From an uncultured Clostridia bacterium (GTDB lineage Bacteria; Bacillota; Clostridia; UMGS1883): DNA of 64,000 nt. Positions 53,094 to 62,195 of the stretch are shown here, piece after piece. The stretch covers positions 73,792 through 137,791 of the forward strand of contig CAKSFM010000002.1 of NCBI GenBank assembly GCA_934454525.1, given 5' to 3'. The notes beneath the pieces were generated by a model that made no database searches, was not told the origin of the DNA, and saw only the letters and a program-made list of their open reading frames with translations. The translations under genes were made by a program, and so were the position numbers. Within the stretch, counting starts at the first letter, position 1. Each line of letters starts with the position of its first letter.

Positions 53094-53747
53094 TTATTTT
53101 ACCGGTCCTATTGTTGTTACAAAGAAATGTATCAGCGATAAACCATATTCGTCAAAATCAGGAATGAGCAAATTTTGCATATCAGACGAAAGCTCCGTCA
53201 GTTTTTCATCAATTTGAAAAATGTTGATTTTATTTTCTCGGATATAAGTTGAAAGATAGGTCTTAAACCTTGTCATCAGAAATGCTCTGAATTTTTGCGT
53301 CAGTCCTGCTTGTGTCAAGCCGTTCTCTGTTCCGACTACTTTAACAAGCAGCTTTTTCCCGTCTTTTACACGCAATGTCATTTCTCCGCTTGCGCCTATT
53401 TGAATAGGGAAATTATATGTAGGCTCGACATATTCAACTTTGCTGTCCGTACCCCATTTGACAGCCATTTGCTCCGTTTTGTTTATGAAATAAACCTCGC
53501 AATGGAACGGCGTTTGATTATCAAACGGGTTGTTAAAAAATTTTCTGATAAGCGGTATGTTTTGTGTTTCGAGTGTGTGTCTGCCGGCTTCAAATACATC
53601 TAAAAGCTGACCGTTCATATAAAATACAGCTTGCTGTGATTCGTGAACGATAAGCTGCGTTTGTGTATTGAAGTCCTCGCAAGGGTGTTTCCATATAAAA
53701 GTGGAATTATCGCCCTCATATTTAATTACATTTGCAATTTGCGGCAT
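53094..53747 (-). CDS. SPFH-domain protein (COG4260 / YdjI-like 'virion core protein' family), short form lacking the usual C-terminal Zn-ribbon
   Basis: 217 aa. VIKYEGDNSTFIWKHP.EDF....QLIVHESQQAVFYMNG...DVFEAGRHTLETQNIPL pattern matches my memory of YdjI-type SPFH proteins. GGAGG RBS upstream. Confidence 0.7.
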   Translation of the reverse strand: MPQIANVIKYEGDNSTFIWKHPCEDFNTQTQLIVHESQQAVFYMNGQLLDVFEAGRHTLETQNIPLIRKFFNNPFDNQTPFHCEVYFINKTEQMAVKWGTDSKVEYVEPTYNFPIQIGASGEMTLRVKDGKKLLVKVVGTENGLTQAGLTQKFRAFLMTRFKTYLSTYIRENKINIFQIDEKLTELSSDMQNLLIPDFDEYGLSLIHFFVTTIGPVK

Positions 53748-53769
53748 TTTGCTTTTCCTCCCCCACTAT

Positions 53770-53793
53770 TGTCAAAAAGTGTACCTTTTGACA
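53770..53793. promoter_or_regulatory. hix-like recombination site A (TGTCAAAAAGT-GT-ACCTTTTGACA)
   Basis: Two 11-bp inverted half-sites around a 2-bp core GT. It lies 22 nt upstream of the SPFH ATG. Confidence 0.6.
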
Positions 53794-53915
53794 CCAGCCT
53801 AATTCAAGCGAAAAAGGAGATAACAAGCAAAAAATCTCGTCTTTTTTCTATAAAATATTGCTTTTTACCAAAATATGTGCTACAATTCAAAACATAAGAA
53901 TGACTGTCAAAAGGT
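53783..53915. other. Putative invertible DNA segment (promoter inverton), about 134 bp between crossover cores
   Basis: Bounded by sites A and B, whose cores (GT / AC) are reverse complements. Contains a sigma-70-type promoter. Confidence 0.55.
53858..53886 (+). promoter_or_regulatory. Sigma-70-type promoter inside the invertible segment (currently pointing away from the SPFH operon)
   Basis: TTGCTT, 17 nt, TACAAT on the + strand. An overlapping weaker face-to-face candidate lies on the - strand (TTGAAT, 17 nt, TAAAAA). Confidence 0.5.
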
Positions 53916-53928
53916 ACACCTTTTGACA
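53905..53928. promoter_or_regulatory. hix-like recombination site B (TGTCAAAAGGT-AC-ACCTTTTGACA)
   Basis: Perfect 11-2-11 palindrome, extended to 38 bp (53898-53935). It abuts the recombinase stop codon at 53930-53932 and may double as its terminator. Confidence 0.6.
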
Positions 53929-53929
53929 G

Positions 53930-55511
<1,582 letters not shown>

Positions 55512-55678
55512 TTTGCGATCTTCCTTTCAGGGCATTTTCTTCTTATATAAGTTTATTTTTCCTGCTATCAGGGCAATATATGCAGTATATACCGAATTTC
55601 AAAAATTGTCAAGCATTGCACAACGGCTGTATAAAAATATCTGATTCGGAAAATATATCATTGTTGGAGGTGTGAGCC

Positions 55679-57280
55679 GTGAATTTAAAAAAGCTTTTTC
55701 TGTACTCCGAAAACGATTCTTCGGACTTTGAATTAAATAACGAAAAAGAAAGCGCCGGCTTCAATCCGCAGATGAACGAGGGCGGTCCGCAGCTCTCGGG
55801 ATGCTTTCGGCAGGACATTGACACGCTCAACCGCGAACTGATGACCGAGCAAAGCGGCGATGTTAAAACGCGCGAATTTACGGTGCGGATTGCCGGGCGC
55901 GAGGTCAAGGCAATAATCTATTTCGTCGATGGCTTGGTTGACAAGCAGCTTGTCAATGACTTTATTCTCCGTCCGCTGATGATAACAAGCCGCAGCATTG
56001 AAATATCAAGCTACAAGCAGATTTTCGAAATGCTTATTCCCCAGTGCGAAGCCTCGCAGACAAATGTCCTCGGCGAGCTTGAATTTAACATAAACTTCGG
56101 CAGCGTTATTCTGCTTGTTGACGGAATGAGAAAAGCAGTTTCAATCGATGTTAAGGGTTGGGAGCACCGCGGTGTCGATTCACCGCAGACGGAGCGCGTT
56201 ATCCGCGGACCTAACGACGCATTCTCCGAGCAGCAGCGCGAAAACACTGCGCTTATCCGCCACCTCATCAGAAACAAAAGCCTTGTCAGCAAGGAATTTA
56301 TGCTCGGAACAATAAGTCAGACGCCGGTGTCTGTCATGTATATCGAAAACATCGCGAACGAATCGCTTGTCCGCGAAACGCTGCGCCGCGTTTCAAACAT
56401 AGAAGCCGACTATATTTTTGCGGCGGCGGAGCTGGAGCAGTTTCTGGAGGATAAGACGTTTTCCTCGCTTCCGCAGTTCCTTTCCACGGAGCGCCCAGAC
56501 CGCGCCGCGCGCGCTCTTTTAAGCGGACGAATCGTCATCGTTGTTGACGGCTCTCCGTTTGTGACAATTCTGCCGACAACGGTTTTCGAGCTTAACGAAT
56601 CGGCGGAGGACAGCTATCTTCGTTTTCCCTACAGCAACATGATAAAAACCATCCGCTGGATTGCATTTCTGCTTTCCATGTTTCTGCCGGGGCTTTATGT
56701 TGCAATCATCGGCTACCATGCGGAGCTGCTTCCCACAGACCTTTTAATGTCAATCGTCGCCACGCGCGAAAAGGTTCCCTTTCCCACCGTTGTCGAGCTG
56801 ATTATTATGGAAATTTCGCTTGAAATAATCCGCGAAGCCGGCGTCAGAGTTCCCGAAGCCTCGGGAACAACGCTCAGCATTGTCGGAGCGCTTATTCTCG
56901 GTCAGGCGGCGGTCAGTGCAGGAATCGTCAGCCCGATTCTGATAATAATCGTGTCGATAACGGCAATCGGATCGTTCACAACTCCCAATTACTATCTTGG
57001 ACTTGCCGCAAGGCTTCTGCGCTTTATTTATATTGCGCTCGGGGCGCTCGGCGGATTTTTGGGAATCACCGTTGGTGCATTTATCAATGTGCTTTCGTGG
57101 TCATCGCTCAAATCAATGGGTGTGCCCATGGCAGCGCCGTTTGCGCCTGTAACAAACCGAGGGATTCCGTCGGCGCTTTATCAGCCCCCGATATATAAGC
57201 AGGAGCAGCGCGATGACTATGTTAATGCAAAGAGAAAATTCCGTCAGCCGCATATATCCAGAAAATGGCTGAAAAAATAA
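55679..57280 (+). CDS. Spore germination protein, GerA/GerKA (A subunit) family
   Basis: 533 aa. The pattern ...IRGP.DAF.E....N.ALIR... plus a C-terminal TM bundle (PFPTVVELIIMEISLEIIREAG.R.P) is typical of GR A subunits. GTG start after GGAGG. Confidence 0.9.
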   Translation: MNLKKLFLYSENDSSDFELNNEKESAGFNPQMNEGGPQLSGCFRQDIDTLNRELMTEQSGDVKTREFTVRIAGREVKAIIYFVDGLVDKQLVNDFILRPLMITSRSIEISSYKQIFEMLIPQCEASQTNVLGELEFNINFGSVILLVDGMRKAVSIDVKGWEHRGVDSPQTERVIRGPNDAFSEQQRENTALIRHLIRNKSLVSKEFMLGTISQTPVSVMYIENIANESLVRETLRRVSNIEADYIFAAAELEQFLEDKTFSSLPQFLSTERPDRAARALLSGRIVIVVDGSPFVTILPTTVFELNESAEDSYLRFPYSNMIKTIRWIAFLLSMFLPGLYVAIIGYHAELLPTDLLMSIVATREKVPFPTVVELIIMEISLEIIREAGVRVPEASGTTLSIVGALILGQAAVSAGIVSPILIIIVSITAIGSFTTPNYYLGLAARLLRFIYIALGALGGFLGITVGAFINVLSWSSLKSMGVPMAAPFAPVTNRGIPSALYQPPIYKQEQRDDYVNAKRKFRQPHISRKWLKK

Positions 57281-57298
57281 ACTACCCGGGGGTGTCTT

Positions 57299-58381
57299 AT
57301 GAAACAAAAGGACGGATGCCTGAGCATCGCCGTACTATGTGCCGGAACCGTGCTTGCAAAATACCTTATCGTGCTTCCGGAATATATGGTTAAATACAAT
57401 GCAAACGCCGCCTGGATAACGGCGCTTCTGAAAAATCTTGTCGCATTTCTTTTCCTTTTTATTATAACCCGCCTGTACGCGCCTTTTGAAGGGCAGCCGC
57501 TTGAAGCCGTCGCTTCGCTTGCACTCGGCGGCTTCGGCAGAACGCTGCTTAATATAAGCTATGCGGCAGGCTTCATGCTATTTAACGCGGCGCTTTTCCG
57601 AATACTGATTGAGGCTCTGAAAACTGTCAATCATCTCGGTGCGGCATATGAATATTACGCGCTTTTCATTGCCGCTGCCGTTGTCTGCGCGGCATTTATC
57701 GGCATTAAATCCGTAACGAATATCAGCGCGGTTGTTTTTCCGCTCATCGTCCTGTCAATCGCACTCATTTCAATTATTATGATTCCGCACTACCGTCTGC
57801 GCAATATAATGCCGTTTTTCGGCAGCGGAATCGGCGAAATCGGGCGCAGTCTCACGTCAAGGCTGTTCGGCTATTCCGAATATTCACTCTTGCTTTTTCT
57901 TGCACCGCACATCGGGAAGAACCGCAGCCTCCGAAAAGCGGCGGCAATATCGGTCGGAACAGTCACGTTTTTTTCCGTCGGCTTCACGCTTTTATACTGC
58001 CTTTCCGTCCCCTATCCTGCTTCAAAAACATTTTTTCTGCCGCTTTACCAGATTTCCCGCATGATAAAATCCGGTTCGTTCCTTGAACGGCTTGAGCCGC
58101 TCATTGTTTTTGTGTGGACGGCGCTTATTCTTTGCAGCCTGAGCGCTCTTATGACCGTCATAACCTCGCTTATGAACAACGGCAGGGAAAAAGGGCGCAG
58201 TGCGTTTGTGCCGATTTCCGTTATGATAATGTTCTTCCTTTCGACGCTTCCTAAAACCGAGCCGGACGCATTTTCGGCATATGATTTTATGCTGAAATTC
58301 GGCGGTATACCGTTTCCGCTGATTCCTCTTGCCGTGATACTGATTGCACGTGCAAAAAAAGCAGGGAGGCGAGCAGCATGA
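57299..58381 (+). CDS. Spore germination protein, B subunit (APC-superfamily permease-like)
   Basis: 360-aa polytopic membrane protein between the A and C subunits; overlaps the C gene by 4 nt. Confidence 0.8.
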   Translation: MKQKDGCLSIAVLCAGTVLAKYLIVLPEYMVKYNANAAWITALLKNLVAFLFLFIITRLYAPFEGQPLEAVASLALGGFGRTLLNISYAAGFMLFNAALFRILIEALKTVNHLGAAYEYYALFIAAAVVCAAFIGIKSVTNISAVVFPLIVLSIALISIIMIPHYRLRNIMPFFGSGIGEIGRSLTSRLFGYSEYSLLLFLAPHIGKNRSLRKAAAISVGTVTFFSVGFTLLYCLSVPYPASKTFFLPLYQISRMIKSGSFLERLEPLIVFVWTALILCSLSALMTVITSLMNNGREKGRSAFVPISVMIMFFLSTLPKTEPDAFSAYDFMLKFGGIPFPLIPLAVILIARAKKAGRRAA

Positions 58382-59604
58382 AAAAATCAGCAGCGCTATT
58401 AACCGCATTGGTTCTCACGCTTTCAGGCTGCGGCTATGCGGAGGAGGTCAACGAGAAAAAATTCCTTATTGCTCTCGGAATTGACGAAGGCACAGAATAT
58501 AATGTCCGCGCAACCTTTGTGTTCGCGAATCCGTCCGACAGCGGCGGCGAGGATGGTGCAAAAGGCTCCCCGGGCAGCGACAAGTCCGATATACTGACAG
58601 TTGAAGCTCCGGGCATTTTTTCCGCCGTCAAGCAGCTTAACGGAATCATCGGAAAAACCATTGACATGACGCACACAAAGGTAATTATTTTTTCCGGCGA
58701 AACCGCAAGAGAAGGAATCGGCGATTATATCTACAGCTTTGCCGCCGCAAGGGATTTCCGCCCAAATACCTATGTTTGCGTGTCACGGTGCAGCGCGGAA
58801 AAATACCTGCGCAAGATTAAACCGTCTAACGAAATATCGCTCGAAAAATACTTTGACCTGATAATGAAAAAGGTTTCCTCCGACAGAATTAACGAATCCT
58901 ACCTTTATTATTTTTATTTCAATCTTGCTGATAAAACCGGCGGCAGCATTGTTCCGCTTGTGGACATAAACGCAAACAAGCTGCCCGATTCGTCTGCGGA
59001 AAAAAACGCAGCCGATGATTTCGGAATCAATCCTAAGGCAGGCGAGCTTGTCCGCAAAGCGGAAAACAAAACGGAGGTTTGCGGCTCGGCAGTTTTCAGC
59101 GGCGGTAAAATGGTTGCGGAAATCGGGGCGCTTTCCTCCGATATTTCAAAAATGATTACGGGAGAATTTTCATCGGAATATTTCACGCTGCGCAATCCAA
59201 GCGCTCAAAAGCTGACAAGCGTGCTTCTCTCCCAACGCTCCGCGCCGCGCATAAAGACCGAAATCGGCGATATTACAAAAATACGCGTCACCGTTCCGCT
59301 GAATGCAAAATATGTTGACAGCGCACCGCCCTCCGATGCAGAGCTTGCGGAATTTGAAAATTACCTTTCCTCCGTTCTTTCAAAAAAGGGCAATCGGATT
59401 ATAAAAAGGGCGCAGACAAAATATGACAGCGATTATTTCGGCTTCAACGAAAAGCTGCGCAGCTCTTTCATCGACATACCGGCATGGAACAGCTTCGGAT
59501 GGAATGAAAAATTCAAAACCGCCGATATCAAGGTTAAATTCACCGTGCAGGTAACCGATTTTGAGGAGCTTAACTCCGGCGAAGCCATGAAAGGAGAGAA
59601 TTAA
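58378..59604 (+). CDS. Ger(x)C-family spore germination lipoprotein
   Basis: Lipobox LTLSGC and a typical GerxC N-terminal region (FLIALGIDEG...). 408 aa. Confidence 0.85.
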   Translation: MKKSAALLTALVLTLSGCGYAEEVNEKKFLIALGIDEGTEYNVRATFVFANPSDSGGEDGAKGSPGSDKSDILTVEAPGIFSAVKQLNGIIGKTIDMTHTKVIIFSGETAREGIGDYIYSFAAARDFRPNTYVCVSRCSAEKYLRKIKPSNEISLEKYFDLIMKKVSSDRINESYLYYFYFNLADKTGGSIVPLVDINANKLPDSSAEKNAADDFGINPKAGELVRKAENKTEVCGSAVFSGGKMVAEIGALSSDISKMITGEFSSEYFTLRNPSAQKLTSVLLSQRSAPRIKTEIGDITKIRVTVPLNAKYVDSAPPSDAELAEFENYLSSVLSKKGNRIIKRAQTKYDSDYFGFNEKLRSSFIDIPAWNSFGWNEKFKTADIKVKFTVQVTDFEELNSGEAMKGEN

Positions 59605-59775
59605 ATGACAGGATTCAAGCTGCTGTTCGTCATCATGTTTCTTTGGTCGCTTGTGTATATGCTGTCCTATTTCACGGATTCCGTTGCAAATAAACGAACC
59701 TATCAGGCTGTCAGCTCGATTGCAGTCAGTCTGATAGGTACGGCACTCTGCGTGGTTTACATTATTTATTGCTGA
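59605..59775 (+). CDS. Unlisted 56-aa two-TM ORF directly after gerC (possible germinant-receptor 'D' subunit)
   Basis: The ATG lies 1 nt after the gerC stop, with an AAAGGAGAG RBS inside the gerC 3' end. Sequence MTGFKLLFVIMFLWSLVYMLSYFTDSVANKRTYQAVSSIAVSLIGTALCVVYIIYC has two hydrophobic helices. Confidence 0.5.
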   Translation: MTGFKLLFVIMFLWSLVYMLSYFTDSVANKRTYQAVSSIAVSLIGTALCVVYIIYC

Positions 59776-60877
59776 GAACTTCCTCTATTGCTGCCGCTGC
59801 TGCGTCAATATCCTCCTTTGTATTGAAATATCCCACCGACAGGCGAAGCATTCCCTTTGTCACCGTGCCGAGCGTTCGGTGCGCCATTGGCGAGCAATGC
59901 AGCCCGGCTCGCGTTGCAATGTCATAGCGTGAGTCAAGCAAGGACGAAACCTCAACGCAGTCCATGTCGGACAGGACAGCGCCTATCACTCCCACGCCGT
60001 GCGTTCCGAGCACACGCAAGCCCTTTATCTCCGAAAGCTTCTCAGCCAGCATATTTGTAAGATAAGCTTCTTTTTCATAAACTCCCTCACGCATTACAAA
60101 CCTGATTCCCTCATTCAACCCGGCAACGCCGCAGGCATTAACCGTGCCTGCCTCGTATCTGTCCGGAAGAATATCGGGCATCAACGCGCTTTCCGACATA
60201 CTCCCCGTACCGCCCTCCGTCAGTGTATTGAGGCTTATTCCTTCTCTTATGTAAAGAACTCCCGTTCCAAACGGTCCGTAGAGTCCTTTATGTCCGGCAA
60301 ATGCCGCCATATCAAGCGCTGCACCGTTTATCGGCAAAATGCCCCCTGTCTGAGCGCAGTCAATCAGTGTAATGATATTCCGTGCCCGTGCCGCGCGGCA
60401 TATATCCTCAATCGGATTTACCGTTCCCACAACGTTTGACGCATGTATAATGCAAATCAGTTTTGTACGCGGAGTTATTGCTCTCAGCACCGAATCAACA
60501 CTCACAAAGCCGGTATTGTCGGCACGGGCAATTTTCACCGTCACTCCGTTTTTTTCAAGGTTTACGGCACTGCGCAGAACACTGTTGTGCTCCATTGAGG
60601 ATATAATTATTTCATCTCCGCGCCTCACGCTTCCTTTGATAGCAAGATTCAGCGCCTCCGTTGCATTTTTTGTAAATATGATTCTTTCCGGATTTGAAAC
60701 ACCAATCAGCTTTGCCATGTTTTCGCGGCATTCGAAAACCTTCTCTCCGCATTCGCGTGACAGCCGATGTCCGCCGCGGCCGGGATTTCCGCCGTATTTT
60801 TGCATCAGCTCAGTCATTGCCGAAATAACCTCCGGCGGTTTCGGAAATGTAGTGGCGGCATTGTCAAGATAAATCAT
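59762..60877 (-). CDS. Class V aminotransferase / cysteine desulfurase
   Basis: Start MIYLDNAATTFPKP at 60877 after GGAGGG. Has the HK (AGHKGLYGP) PLP-Lys motif and a C-terminal active-site loop (RAGLHCSP). Confidence 0.85.
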   Translation of the reverse strand: MIYLDNAATTFPKPPEVISAMTELMQKYGGNPGRGGHRLSRECGEKVFECRENMAKLIGVSNPERIIFTKNATEALNLAIKGSVRRGDEIIISSMEHNSVLRSAVNLEKNGVTVKIARADNTGFVSVDSVLRAITPRTKLICIIHASNVVGTVNPIEDICRAARARNIITLIDCAQTGGILPINGAALDMAAFAGHKGLYGPFGTGVLYIREGISLNTLTEGGTGSMSESALMPDILPDRYEAGTVNACGVAGLNEGIRFVMREGVYEKEAYLTNMLAEKLSEIKGLRVLGTHGVGVIGAVLSDMDCVEVSSLLDSRYDIATRAGLHCSPMAHRTLGTVTKGMLRLSVGYFNTKEDIDAAAAAIEEVLSNK

Positions 60878-60926
60878 ATAACCCTCCGTTCCGATTTTAA
60901 AGACAACCGAAAAATTAAAAGCAGTT

Positions 60927-61175
60927 TCATACCATGCGATATTTCTTTTCACCGCTTACTTCCGTTTCGGTAAAGAAAGCACGGATTTTTATATTAAGCT
61001 CCCTTGCACAGGAAGCAATTGTTTTTCTGCCGGAATCGTCAAAACGCACACTGTAACCGCAGCCTTCTTTTGTCAAAGCAAGCGGAGTCTGTATTACCGC
61101 CGCACTGATCCCGCGTTCCGCAGCACAGCGTTTTATTCTGTTCGCAGCCGTTATAGAAGCCACAGTAGCAAGCAT
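60927..61175 (-). CDS. DUF3343-family small protein (putative S/Se carrier-like)
   Basis: 82 aa. The pattern ...A..AE..L...GI.A.VI.TP..L...CGYSVRF matches my memory of DUF3343. It sits upstream of the desulfurase, a common pairing. Confidence 0.6.
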   Translation of the reverse strand: MLATVASITAANRIKRCAAERGISAAVIQTPLALTKEGCGYSVRFDDSGRKTIASCARELNIKIRAFFTETEVSGEKKYRMV

Positions 61176-61328
61176 AGCAAAAATCCTCTCATCATTTTTT
61201 ATAGACTGGTCACAGTAATATCTTATGCCGCCAATGCCTTATTTGACAATCTGTTTTGTTAAAATCAGCGGTAAAATTGCCTATTAAAAAATTTTTTAAG
61301 AAAAAACGCTAAATTTTGAAAAAAAACA

Positions 61329-61357
61329 TTGACAAACCACCTTAAATTTGCTATACT
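61329..61357 (+). promoter_or_regulatory. Strong promoter of the tRNA cluster
   Basis: TTGACA, 17 nt, TATACT, preceded by an A/T-rich UP-like tract. It lies 16 nt upstream of tRNA-Gly. Confidence 0.7.
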
Positions 61358-61372
61358 AACAAAGTCGCAAGT

Positions 61373-61446
61373 GCGGGTGTAGTTCATTGGTAGAACACCA
61401 GCCTTCCAAGCTGGATAGGTGGGTTCGATTCCCATCACCCGCTCCA
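61373..61446 (+). tRNA. tRNA-Gly (anticodon UCC)
   Basis: Cloverleaf folded by hand. Acceptor GCGGGTG/CACCCGC, anticodon loop CTTCCAA, T-loop TTCGATT, encoded CCA. Confidence 0.9.
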
Positions 61447-61471
61447 TTTTGTGCCTTGCACATATTTTTAT

Positions 61472-61548
<77 letters not shown>

Positions 61549-61552
61549 ACGT

Positions 61553-61630
61553 GGTGGGTATAGCTCAGTTGGTTAGAGCGCTAGATTGTGGCTCTAGAGG
61601 CCCAGGGTTCGAATCCCTGTATCCACCCCA
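61553..61630 (+). tRNA. tRNA-His (anticodon GUG) with encoded G-1
   Basis: Extra 5' G opposite discriminator C. Acceptor GTGGGTA/TATCCAC, anticodon loop TTGTGGC, encoded CCA. Confidence 0.9.
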
Positions 61631-61661
61631 TTAATTGCTGAGCTGCACCCGGCATGCATGT

Positions 61662-61738
61662 TGGGCTGTAGCCAAGTCGGTTAAGGCACCAGACTTTGAC
61701 TCTGGTATGCGCAGGTTCAAGTCCTGCCAGCCCAGCCA
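61662..61738 (+). tRNA. tRNA-Gln (anticodon UUG)
   Basis: Acceptor TGGGCTG/CAGCCCA, anticodon loop CTTTGAC, T arm GCAGG-TTCAAGT-CCTGC, encoded CCA. Confidence 0.9.
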
Positions 61739-61743
61739 TAATA

Positions 61744-61820
61744 CGGGCCATTAGCTCAGTCGGCAGAGCACTTGACTTTTAATCAAGTTGTCCGGGGTTC
61801 GAATCTCCGATGGCTCACCA
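61744..61820 (+). tRNA. tRNA-Lys (anticodon UUU)
   Basis: Acceptor GGGCCAT/ATGGCTC, anticodon loop CTTTTAA, T-loop TTCGAAT, encoded CCA. Confidence 0.9.
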
Positions 61821-61822
61821 GT

Positions 61823-61858
61823 AAAAACCGCTTAACCATTAGGGTTAAGCGGTTTTTC
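61823..61858 (+). terminator. Terminator of the tRNA cluster
   Basis: AACCGCTTAACC-ATTAG-GGTTAAGCGGTT followed by TTTTC. Confidence 0.85.
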
Positions 61859-62195
61859 TATGCTTAAAAAAATTGCACTCATTTTTAAAAATTTGTGTGC
61901 GGTTGCTATATCGGTTGCTACTCGATTATGTACATTTTAAGCGGATTTTCTACAACGTACCCCTCAATTTATTCGCCATCTTATAACACAGCCAATAAAC
62001 GTTTTTATCCTCGGCGCATTTCTTCAACCACAGCTTTCCGTCCGTAGGCATAACAACGTCCGATTATCCCTGCCGCCGCGCGGTCAAGGCTGCGCCCTGT
62101 CATGACCTTCCCGTCGGGGAAGATTGTGAAGTGCTGCGCTATGTCCGAAAAACCGTGCGGATTTTCGTGTCAGAAATATGATTATGCGCCGTCTG

